Assembly: GCA_951406725.2 (NCBI GenBank)
Contig: OX597814.1
Location: 34,286,001-34,350,000, forward strand
Source: Octopus vulgaris
Lineage: Eukaryota
Direction of reading: 5' to 3'
DNA length: 64,000 bases
The notes beneath the pieces are model-generated. The model made no database searches. It saw nothing but the letters and a program-made list of their open reading frames with translations, and was not told the origin of the DNA. A program made the position numbers and the translations under genes. Within the stretch, counting starts at the first letter, position 1, and each line of letters begins with the position of its first letter. Below are positions 52,939 to 64,000 of the stretch, in pieces.

Positions 52939-54233
52939 CAACAACACACTGACAGGTTCAAGCAAGTGTTGCTGTGTTCAGAAATACAACAAAGTACCAG
53001 TAACGAATTTGAATTCCCTGATAAAGCATTGGTGGTCCAAACTCTGTCTTCTCGGCCACTTCACCCATACAAGCGGATAGCTTGAGCGTTTCAGTTATAG
53101 ATTCACATCTTACCACTGATGCAGGCCAAAGCACAAATTTCGTGACTCAGTCTATTTGGCTGTAAATATGTATCATGCATTGACGTCTCCCACTATTTTA
53201 ACCGTCAAATCTATATTATCAACCGAAAGATTTTGTTGGTTTGAAATCTATATATTATAATGATTGAAGAAGTACAGGACTGTATCTAGTTTATTTCTTC
53301 CCCCACGTTATTAAAAAAAAGCAAATTACTTTGAAGGAATTATAAATGAATATTAAAAAAATTTTTAAACTATGAATTATATTGGAGGTAGCTTAATATT
53401 ACAAGATTCACTAATGTTTTAAATGTCAACTTCTGTTTGAATTCCAAATGTAAACAAATAGCTTTTCTTCGAGTAAAAATGTAATAAAGCGAAAAAAACT
53501 CCAACAAAACAAGTGAGAAGATTATTTTTAAAAGTATTACGTAGTGAAAAAAACAATAATCCCTGTCTAATAGAATTAAAGTTTCAAATTGTGTTAGATT
53601 GCGGTCATGCACCATAACAATATTTAGTCAATGATGTCATCTCCCAACACACTTCTTCGCACATGATTAATTGTATGTTGCATTATCAAGGGTGTCAAGA
53701 AAATATACAAATATTAGCCGAGATAAACGAAAAGGGTCCATTTGCTGACAGTTGTGTCAGCAAAAAAATTAAAAAAATTCTACAGTGATGTGAGACATTT
53801 ATTACTCATTTTAAATTAAAATGTATTTAAGTTTCTTTTTAATTGCTAGGAAAAGGATACTAGAAACACTTAAGACGTCTATACATGAATATAATGAAAT
53901 AACAATATAGCAAAACTCAACTCTTCATTTTGGTAAAATATAATTCATTAATTTCCATCAGAGCATTTATTTTCAAATTCACTCAAGTGAAGATTCATGA
54001 ACATTTTTCCTTGACAGTCTCATCTCTTTTCCAATTTCATTTTCATCTTTTTTAAATGTATCAAGGATTATTTTACTGATTATAGAACAAACTATAACAA
54101 AGTCTTAGTAATTTGAAAAAAAAGTAAATAAAATTAAGAGGAGGTTAATAGTAAAAGAAGCAGCTTTTTATACGGCATAAAGACTGGCGATCGCCGTCAG
54201 AAAGTGAACACGTCTTTTTTTTCTTTTTCTCAG

Positions 54234-54261
54234 TGGAATTATGTCAGAGAAACTCATGCAG
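54234..54261 (+). other. Candidate 28-nt microexon
   Basis: Polypyrimidine tract CGTCTTTTTTTTCTTTTTCTCAG, then 28 nt open in all three frames, then CAG|GTATGA donor; lies in non-repetitive sequence. Confidence 0.3.
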
Positions 54262-54444
54262 GTATGAAACAAACAATTCATTCAATGTGTCGTCTCAATT
54301 TCCGTTTCAACCGCATCAACATATTTTCCACATTTTGTGTGTGTGGACGTCTTGATCATGAAGATCAACAAAATATTGTTGGTGTATAATCACTTAGTGC
54401 GTGTAGGGAACACCACTGAGGTTATTTTCATTATAACTGAACAT

Positions 54445-54481
<37 letters not shown>

Positions 54482-55318
54482 CTCACCATCCATCGCTGAC
54501 TATGTGAGACCCAGGCAAAATCCACCTTTGTATCGGCTCAATTAAAATTTCTTCTGTGCGGTCAGGTGCTTCGACCAAAAAACACTTCTTTCAGGCTCTC
54601 TCTATGCCACCGAATACCCAATGTCCCTTTGCTCCTTTTATTACATATCTCCCCCTTAATTTTTATTCATATAATTAAACTGAACAATTACCCAGAGTCT
54701 TTACTCTTTTACTCTTTTACTTGTTTCAGTCATTTGACTGCGGCCATACTGGAGCACCACGTTTAGTCGAGCAAATCGACCCCAGGACTTATTCTTTGTA
54801 AGCTTAGTACTTATTCTATCGGTCTCTTTTGCCGAACCGCTAAGTTACGGGGACATAAACACACCAGCATCGGTTGTCAAGCGATTGGGGGGGGGGGCAA
54901 ACACACACAAACACACACACATATACATATACATATATACGACGGGCTTCTTTCAATTTCCGTCTACCAAATCCACTCACAAGGCTTTGGTCGGCCCGAG
55001 GCTATGCAAATTCTACAATGAATTAATGCCTATTTTAGAGAGTTTTACGTAAGACTGAGATACTTGTGCCAGGTTGTGCGTTCTCCCTCTGTGTATGTAT
55101 GTATGTATGCATGTATATGTATGCCTCTGCATATGTGTGTGTATGTGTGTGTGTGTGTGTATGTGTGTATTATATATATGTATATAGGCGCAGGAGTGGC
55201 TGTGAGGTGAGAAGCTTGCTCTCCAACCCCATGGTTCAGGGTTCAGTGGATTTGGTTGACGGAAACTAGAAGAATCCCGTCGTATAAATATATATATATG
55301 TGTGTGTCTGTATATATA

Positions 55319-55354
<36 letters not shown>

Positions 55355-56455
55355 TGTATGTATGTATGTATGTATGTATGTATGTATGTACCTGTATGTC
55401 TGTGTTTGTTTCTCCATCATCGTTTGACAACCGATGTTGGTGTGCTTACGTCCCCGTAACTTAGCAGTTCAGCACAAGAAACCGATAGAAGAAGTACGAG
55501 ACTTACAAAGAATAAGTCCTGGGGTCAATTTGTTCTACGAAAGGCGGTGCTCCAGTATGGTCGCAGTCAAATGACTGAAACAAGTAAAATAGTATATAAC
55601 ACACACTGAAGCTGGTTATTGTACTTATTCCCACCACGTAAACATAAAACTTTCGATATCTTAAATGGGAAATTGTGATATTAATGCGTCTAAGAATTGT
55701 GGTCTAAAAAAAGTGAACTATTTTCACTACAGAAACGAAAAAATTACAAATATGGCTCCTAAACAACTTCCGATACTCTGCATTGAGAACCGACAGGTAC
55801 ATGCATACATACGTACATAGGTGCTGGCGTGGCTGTGAGGTAAGAAGCTTGCTTCCCAGACTCATGATTCAGGGTTCAGTACCACTGCGTAGCATCTTGG
55901 GCAAGTGTCTTCTACTATAACCTAAAGCCTTGTGAGTGGATTTGGTTGATGAAAACTGAAAGAAGCCCGTATTATATATGTATATATGTGTGTGTTTGTG
56001 TGCGTTTTTGTGTATCTGCTTGTCTCTCATTACCACTTGATAACCGGTGTTGATATGTTAACGTCCTCATATCTAGCGACTCGGCAAAAGAGACCGATAG
56101 AATAAGTACTAGGCTTTAAAAAATAAATCTTGGGGTCGATTTGTTCGACTAAAACCCTTTAAGGCGGTGCTCCAGCATGGTCGCAGTCAAATGACTGAAA
56201 CAAGTAGAAAAGTAAAAGAATACACCCCCACACGCACACACACATACACGGGCACACACATACACGCGCACACATGTCGGAGAGTCATGTAATGGCAGTT
56301 GCTGGCAAATTAAGATGTTTTGAAACGGTTTTCTTCCTGCATGATGAAACAGCTGTGGTGAGTGAATTACATCCATCTGTTATTATTTGGTTACACACAA
56401 GCACACACACATATACAGACACGCACACACACATATACGCATATGTATATATATA

Positions 56456-56720
56456 TATATTATATTAAATTAGAGATAAAACCACTATTAGGCAAATCAA
56501 ACAATGAAAAACTTAAGCCAATACATAAAATTAATTAATTTATATTATTTTAAATATATATCAAAAGTATTAAAAGATTAATAAAAGATAATGATTAATC
56601 TTTTAATACTTTTGATTTATATTTAAAATAATATAAATTAATTAATTTTATGTATTGGCTTAAGTTTTTCATTGTTTGATTTGCCTAATAGTGGTTTTAT
56701 CTCTAATTTAATATAATATA
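56456..56720. repeat. Near-perfect AT-rich palindrome, 127-bp arms, 11-nt spacer
   Basis: 56456-56582 vs 56594-56720 reverse complement, one mismatch seen. Confidence 0.92.
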
Positions 56721-56803
56721 ATATTTTACTATAAAATTGGATTCAATCCTAAATCTGATTTTTCCCTGTAAGTTTGGATTTATTTCCTAATATTTTATTA
56801 TTA

Positions 56804-56843
<40 letters not shown>

Positions 56844-57311
56844 GCGTATTGTAGCTTTTTTCAAACATAGTCTTGCCTATCACTTTTTAGCCTCGTGTTA
56901 AATATATATACATGTATTTTTTCGTTTTTCAATATTAATATGAATATGTATAACTCTCTATGTTTTTTCTATTAGTCCACCTGTTACGTTATATTCTTCT
57001 GTACACATGTGGCCCTGTTTATTATACTTTGTATCGACCTGTTACCATTTTTTAAAACATACCCGTTAGGTTTTCATTCTTATTTTTATGTTAAAGTTTA
57101 CCGCACATATGTATACACATTGATATGTCTGTCTTTTTTCCCTTTCGTCTTTCTTACTATTATTATTACTGTTCTTTTATCCCCTTTTATAACTTGCTTG
57201 CAAAAATCCGATTTTCTCTCTATTATCTCATTTGTATTCTCCCTTATTGTATCTTATTTTAATTTACTTTATTTTATTAAACCTTTTTTGATGTCCTTAA
57301 AAAAATTCTTC

Positions 57312-57407
57312 ACACTGATGAAAATGAGAATGCATAAATTTAATTATGATTACTATGGCTATATTTTTTTTTACATATTTGTATTGTCCTTTGAAACGCG
57401 CGTATGT
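57312..57407 (+). ncRNA. Minimal type-I hammerhead ribozyme with long degenerate stem II
   Basis: ACA CTGATGA (57315-57321) AAATGAGAATGCATAAAT...ATTTGTATTGTCCTTT GAAAC GCGC GTA TGT; palindromic GCGC loop, GTA triplet 57402-57404. Confidence 0.68.
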
Positions 57408-59419
57408 ATTGAATCCTATTTTGTATTAAATCTAATTTTGATTCAACATCTTTTTCTCCTCCATTATCTATAATTGTTTATGGTATTTTTATATGAAGAG
57501 AGAGATAGAAAGAGATAGAGAGAGATATAGAGATATATAGATAGAGGGATAGCGATAGAGAGAGAACTATGTAGCCAAGTTATACCTTCTGATATCAACA
57601 TCTCTACTTGCACCATACAAAATCCTCAGTTTTAAAGGATTAATATATCCATATAAATTTATATCTCCCATAATAAATGTATGTAAAACTTTTGTATTGA
57701 AATATGTTTCAAAAAGCATGATGAAAAAAAAAAATATTACATATGGTATTAAATCCCTCCAGATACTTGATTACTTTCAAATTAAGTGCAACGGGCAGAA
57801 TATGTGTTTCATTAGAAATATAGCCAGGGGGGTGGGGGTTAATATGCTCATATATACTTGTTATTATACAAAACATTGGCATAATAGCAGCATACTCAAA
57901 TGACATCGAATATGATTGATATGATAAATTCTTATATGTTCTGATAAATTGAGAGAAATATGTAAACTCGACTAAAGAAAAAAAAAAAAAAGTAGGGAAG
58001 AAAAATGAATGAAGAAAAAAAATAACTGATGTTCCTTCCCGCAATATTTGTTTCGGAGAGTGAATATCATTAAATCGTTCTAAGGAAATTTATGTGTAAC
58101 AGTACAAAGCATAGGAATTAGTTCTATGTAAAAATATATATCTAGCCGTTCTTTAAAATAATTTATAACCCTCTAGAGGATATAATTTCTTTAGTATAAT
58201 TTATGACTCTCCAGAGAATATAATTAAAACATATTTTAGAGAAACGCTAGAAATATATTCTTAAGTAGGCTAAATTAATTAAATGACCATGGTAGATGAA
58301 AATATATCCTTCGATAATACCTTGAATAAAAAACTTGTGTAATTACCCCATGATAAAGCAATCGGTAATAGTCTCATACTTTTAATCAATATCTTGCAAG
58401 ACATTTGATGTACCAGTATTAGTACAAAACTTTTGATTATTAATTGGTCACTAGAGGAAAGTTGTTCCTTTGAAGAAGAAAGAAAAAAATCCTAAAATAA
58501 AACAAAAAACAAAACAAAGAAGCGACTGACCAATTTACTGGATATTTGTACATCAATAGCGCACTATACATGAATTAGCATATAATAAGCAACTTCCTCT
58601 AAATATCAGCAAAGTGCTATTGTTTTCTAATGCATAAATCTATAGTAACGAACATCAAGAATATTATCTTTAAGGAGAGTTGTTCCAGATGAATTCATCC
58701 CACGTACAAACGAGATTAAAAGACTGAATAATTTCTTATAAAAAAGGGGTAGACGTACGATTAAAACATTTCATTAAATCTTGCTTAGAAAGCCAGATAT
58801 TAGTAAAGAGAACAGAAATTGGTAATATTTTAGGTGTTACTGGTCTGTCTGATGTGAGTGTCACATCAAATACCAGTGAAAATACACACATCTATACCCA
58901 CCAAATACAGCATCAGCAATTATTGCACTTTGATTATAGGGTTAACTTCATAGTAATAATGATTTAGTATATGCTTACATGAATAAATGCGTACATAGCG
59001 ACATTTATGAAAAAGAAACTGCTGATGCAAATACCCAAAATTTAGTTGATTGAATATATTTAAATTATACAACGCTTATTCGAATATTGTGTGCTTGATA
59101 AAGAAATCTGAATTTCTCCCAGTGTACAGCGTACAGACGTTGGGGGGAAAAAAAGACACATTACATAATATAATTAAGTGTATAATATGCATGATAAAAA
59201 ATGACGGAATGGCCAAGTGTGCTCGATTAGGAACAAAACAACAGCAGAAGAACAATATCCCTTGCTCAGTCGAATTCAATTGAAGTAGGACTTTTGTATA
59301 TATGCATTCATGCATGCACATACATACATACATACATACATACATACATACATACATACATACATACATACGTACATACATACATACATACATACATACA
59401 TACATACATACACACATTC

Positions 59420-59758
59420 TGAGACGCCCTTCGGTCACGACACAGACCATGGGTTTGCACCTAGAAAGTTACCCTCCCAGGCACAAGTCCAGGCAAGGTT
59501 GTTTATGGAAGACCAGCAGTCGCCCATGCATACCGGCCTCCCCTTTCCACGCCATCTAATGTTATCCAAGGGAAAGGCAAAGGCCGACACAGCTTGGCAC
59601 CTGTGACGTCGCAACTCATTTCTACAGCTGAGTGAACTGGAGCAACGTGAAATAAAGTGTCTTGCTCAAGAACACAACACGCAGGCCGGTCCGGGATTCG
59701 AACTCACAACATCACGATCGTAAGCTCGACGCTCTAACCACTGAGCCATGCGCCTTCA
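59420..59758 (-). mobile_element. tRNA-derived SINE: family-C-like head and core with a different 3' tail
   Basis: Minus strand GAAGGCGCATGGCTCAGTGGTTAGAGCGTCGAGCTTACGATCGTGATGTTGTGAGTTCGAATCCCGG then TTGAGCAAGACACTTTATTTCACGTTGCTCCAG; tail unrelated to that of 31530-31797. Confidence 0.85.
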
Positions 59759-59999
59759 CATACATACATACATACATACATACATACATACATACATACA
59801 TACATACATAAGTACATACATACATGCATGCATGCGTGCGCACATAGCTGCACACATACAGACGTACAAACATAAATACATACATACGCACGTACTTACG
59901 TGCATACATATATAGTCAAATATAGTTGAAATAAGAAAGAAAATGCTGACAGAATATCAATTAACAATAATCTTTTTTAACACCTTAAATTTCTTTCCT

Positions 60000-60400
60000 T
60001 TATCAATGACCCCTAGCACAGCTTTTGTAAAGCCAGATCTACTGCAGAAGCTCGGGCCTCGATAAACTTGGAGAAAATAATGTTATTGTTCTGGATATCA
60101 ACGAGAGCTTTCAACTGTATATGATACGCGACTCTCCCGACAAAACTGTGCAGCTATGAGTTCTATGATCTCTTGTTTCTTTTTTTTTGTCGGTAACTCA
60201 CGTGTTATTGTAGCATGTGCTCACTCTCCTCATGTACCCTAATAATCTACTTGCCTTCACATCTAGCAACGTCCACTCCTACGCAGATGATATCACTCGT
60301 CATTCCCCCTATTCTTTCGCACCCAAGTGATATTCATATGTAACCTAGATACATCAGGCAAATCTGTATAAACTTCTACACCAATCTTCTGACATAGTGT
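60000..60400 (+). mobile_element. CR1/L2-group LINE RT fragment
   Basis: VIVLDI...RAF and LLAFTSSNVHSYADDIT (YADD motif at about 60280-60291). Confidence 0.7.
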
Positions 60401-60759
60401 CAACGTTCCAGTTGTTCAAATGCAAATGTGCTAGTTGTCATTGTGGTCAGTTTTCATGACGACAATCGAAGTGTTGTGTTTCCAGACTCGTAGAAAGCAA
60501 CTAGCTGAAATATCGAAAGACAGCTGTGTGATAATGTGCTATAGTATCTAGAAGAAATGTCGATAAAATTCAATGGTTATAGTTCTAAAGAGGATACTGT
60601 CGCACAGATCGATAAGGGGTCTTTTGGCAATGAGACAACAGTAGTTTGATAGCAAAAATGTATATGCATTTAGAATATATAGTTAGCTGACTACAGTCTC
60701 CCTCATTTTCATACATTGAATAACATTTTTTTGTTGTCAAATCGAAGCATTGGCAAGAG

Positions 60760-61500
60760 AAGCTGTTTTTGACCTATACTACTAACTTTGGCTCGTTAAA
60801 GTCTCATAGACACTTCTTTATGTTCATCAATGATCTACTCATTGTTGTCTATAACAACACACTCATATGCAGATGGCACCATCTCTCACTCTTCCTTAGC
60901 TTCTGTACACAACCACTGTTTATACGTAGCCAAAATACTCACGAGAAACTAATAACAATTTAAGGACTGAAATATCAAAAGAATTCTTCAATGAAGATGT
61001 GATAACCTAGTTTATTTCAAACACAATGGCACAGTCACAGCATATATTAATGAAACTGCCTTATACTTCAGCCTATTCAGTCAGGAACAGCAAGCAATTC
61101 AAACTTACGAAGTCATTACAAATGCAAGGCTTCAAAATCTCTGATGATCTCTCATCCACTTATATAACATTGACGAAAATCCAAAAACGAGAATTTCCCT
61201 TTAGAACCAAGAAATACTTCAGTTTTTATCTCTTAATGACCATCTACAAAGCTCTTGCAGAATTCACACTGGAATATTGCAGCTACGCATGTATAAAACT
61301 AAAACCCGTTTATTGACTACATTCAAAAGATGGCCATTCCACTTCCTATCAAAGATGCACTTTCCAACATAAGTCAAACAAGCTCACTGATGCAACGTTT
61401 CTTCCCTACTTACTACAAAGATCTATCTTAACCGCACACACTCCGAACTATGGCTAGCTCGGCACACCAGTCTTCCTTGTTTAGAACATACTTAGAAGTG
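60760..61500 (+). mobile_element. Second CR1/L2-group LINE RT fragment
   Basis: FFMFINDLL...HSYADGT and LLMTIYKALAEFTLEYCSYA motifs in broken frames. Confidence 0.65.
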
Positions 61501-61776
61501 CAATCTTTACTGTTTATATCAATCATACTGTCGCACCAGTCTGCGAGGGTTTGCAGAGGTAATGAGCAATGCCTCTTTGTCGCTCACTACCATATAAAAA
61601 GATAGATATACAAAAAAAGTAGACATAGATATTGAGATATACAGAAGTGGAGGGTTAGATAGTAAAGTAAATAAACTAGCAGAACAATAAAGAAGAAAAA
61701 AAGAGCTGTGTCAGAGACAAGAATATTGAGCGGCAAAGTAAGACAAGGAGAGGTAAAGTAAACGAGAAATAGATAA

Positions 61777-61827
<51 letters not shown>

Positions 61828-62168
61828 TTGATAGATAGAGAGAGACTGGTAGAACGGCAGGATATCGTCGAGATAGATATATCCAAAGGTTCTATCGATC
61901 AACATGAAAGTTTCCAATAAATCTAGCGCACATTTTTCTGAATTTAAAAGATATCACAGAACACACGAATATCAGATTTTTCTATAGTCTGGTCATGAAT
62001 TGTAAGTTTTAATTAGATCTGACAGGTAGAAAAAGGGAGCGATTCACACCACATACACACACACACAAGTAAATATATATGTGCATGTGTAAGTGTATTT
62101 ATATAACTGTTTATGTATACATATATTTATACGTATGTATATATATACATACATACATACATACATAC

Positions 62169-62215
<47 letters not shown>

Positions 62216-62254
62216 AACACACACACACAAACACACACACACACAAACACACAT

Positions 62255-62288
<34 letters not shown>

Positions 62289-62429
62289 GTACATATGTAC
62301 ATACACATATACATACACACACGCGCTCTCACACACAAAATGGAGCGAAGGAAAATTGAAGACAGAAAGACAACAAAGTGTGAGGGTAAAATAGACAGAG
62401 ATTATTGGAAAAATAACAGAAAACAGAGA

Positions 62430-62519
<90 letters not shown>

Positions 62520-62999
62520 GAGAGAGAGAGAGATGATAGGATTCAAAATGCCGAAACTAAACGAAATCGATTCAAAGTGTTTTGTAAAGTTAACAGTACG
62601 GAAGGTGCGATGTACCATGATCTGGTTGTAGTGCGATTAACGTAATGCAAGGCTTGGCTTGGTATAAGCTATTCCAAAACTATGTATAACATGATGAGCT
62701 ATATAAGTTGTGGTACAGCATGGTATACGGTGGTATCGTATGACACAATGTTACGTGTTATAATGTTGTTAGCTATAAGTTAGACGTGACTGAGAAGACT
62801 TATGATGGAAAACATTCTGACTGAGACCATTTCGACTATTTTCCTTCTGTGAGGTTGAGAAGCACGCTTTGCAACTACTTGGTTTCGGGTTCAGTTCAAC
62901 TGCGCGGCACCTTGGGCAAGTATCTTCTGCTGTAGCCCCGCACCAACCAATACTTTGTGTGTGAATTTGGTGGACGAAAACTGCGTGGAAGCTCATAGT

Positions 63000-63119
<120 letters not shown>

Positions 63120-63128
63120 GTGTGTCTA

Positions 63129-63190
<62 letters not shown>

Positions 63191-63539
63191 TCCCCGTAAA
63201 TTAGCGGGTCGGAAATTTACGTCCCCGTAAAATAGCGGTTCGGCAAAAGAAACTAATTGAATAAGTACCACACTTTAAAAAAAGTAAGAGCGGGGGATGA
63301 TTTGTTCGACTAAACACTTCATGTCAGTACCCCAGCATGGCCACAGTCCAATCACTAAAGCAAGTAGAAGATGAAAGGGAGTGTATGATACATTTCCCAA
63401 GGCATACTGCCTTTCTTTTAAATTTTAAGACGATAATATCTGATTTGATGTAGATTTGGTTACTATTTCTAAAATGTGGAGCAGTATTAAAGAGGTTCTC
63501 TCATTGACATCGTGCAAGATACGATTTAAAATTTGATGA

Positions 63540-63900
63540 AATGTAGGTTTTTGTCGTGGAGTAGAGTCTGGTGTGATCAGATATAATAGTGTAGAATTGT
63601 ATGATGTGATGGTGTATCACTGGTGTCGCGTGGTGTGTCATGGTCCGATAAGCTGTGATTTGATATGGAGTACAATAATGGGCTACACTGTGGCGATATG
63701 CGATATGATGTATACAATATGCTGTAGTGTGGTATTACAGGATTTGGTTTACTACGGTATAATGTGGTTGGATAATGTATGTTGTAACGTGCTCTGATGT
63801 GTTATGAGATCGTGTGGTACGATGAGTGAAAGTGTATTGGCTTATGTTGCATCTTCGTATGATGCCGTGTGATATAGTGCAGTAGTGATTCCCAAATATT
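63540..63900. repeat. Degenerate pentameric (TGTGA/TATGA-like) low-complexity tract; similar at 62600-62770
   Basis: 5-bp periodicity visible. Confidence 0.6.
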
Positions 63901-64000
63901 TTGATATCACGGTGTACTGGAGATTAAGATAAAAATAAAAAGAACGCATAGAAAGTTAAATGACATTGTTTCAAAGTTAAACACAAGAAAAACAAAATAT

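Noticed and set aside
57009-57473. 154-aa hydrophobic ORF resembling a membrane protein
   Set aside because: F/I/L/Y richness follows from T-rich low-complexity DNA; it overlaps the hammerhead-bearing repeat and starts at GTG.
59685-59758. tRNA gene calls for SINE heads (also 31725-31797, 16520-16590)
   Set aside because: Acceptor stems do not close, and each continues into a SINE core and tail; these are tRNA-derived heads, not tRNA genes.

Overview
AT-rich eukaryotic (animal) genomic DNA that looks intergenic or intronic. It is packed with (TA)n, (CA)n, (TACA)n, (TCTA)n, (AAT)n and (GA)n microsatellites and decayed transposons. The SINE families and overall texture match what I recall of octopus (cephalopod) genomes; this is recognition, not a database result. 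No intact host gene is visible, and most of the listed ORFs are microsatellite read-throughs. Recognisable elements: two DD37D (maT) Tc1/mariner relics, mariner/MITE pieces, a solo LTR with ATAT target-site duplication (TSD), a CR1/L2-type LINE 3' end with a 196-bp fold-back, fragments of other LINEs (R4/Dong, RTE, ORF1 with a CCHC knuckle), a clean non-autonomous Helitron, about 30 tRNA-derived SINE copies of 4-5 families, and several Penelope-like element (PLE) relics. The most interesting signal is RNA-level. At least six minimal type-I hammerhead ribozyme motifs (intact or 1-2 substitutions from consensus) sit in PLE-type repeats. One is the 3' module of a tRNA-headed SINE-like unit arranged as a large fold-back. 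Also notable: a 3' hairpin shared by a LINE and a SINE with three compensatory base-pair changes, several long palindromes, an 18-bp-phased TGATTTAT motif array, and a candidate 28-nt microexon.
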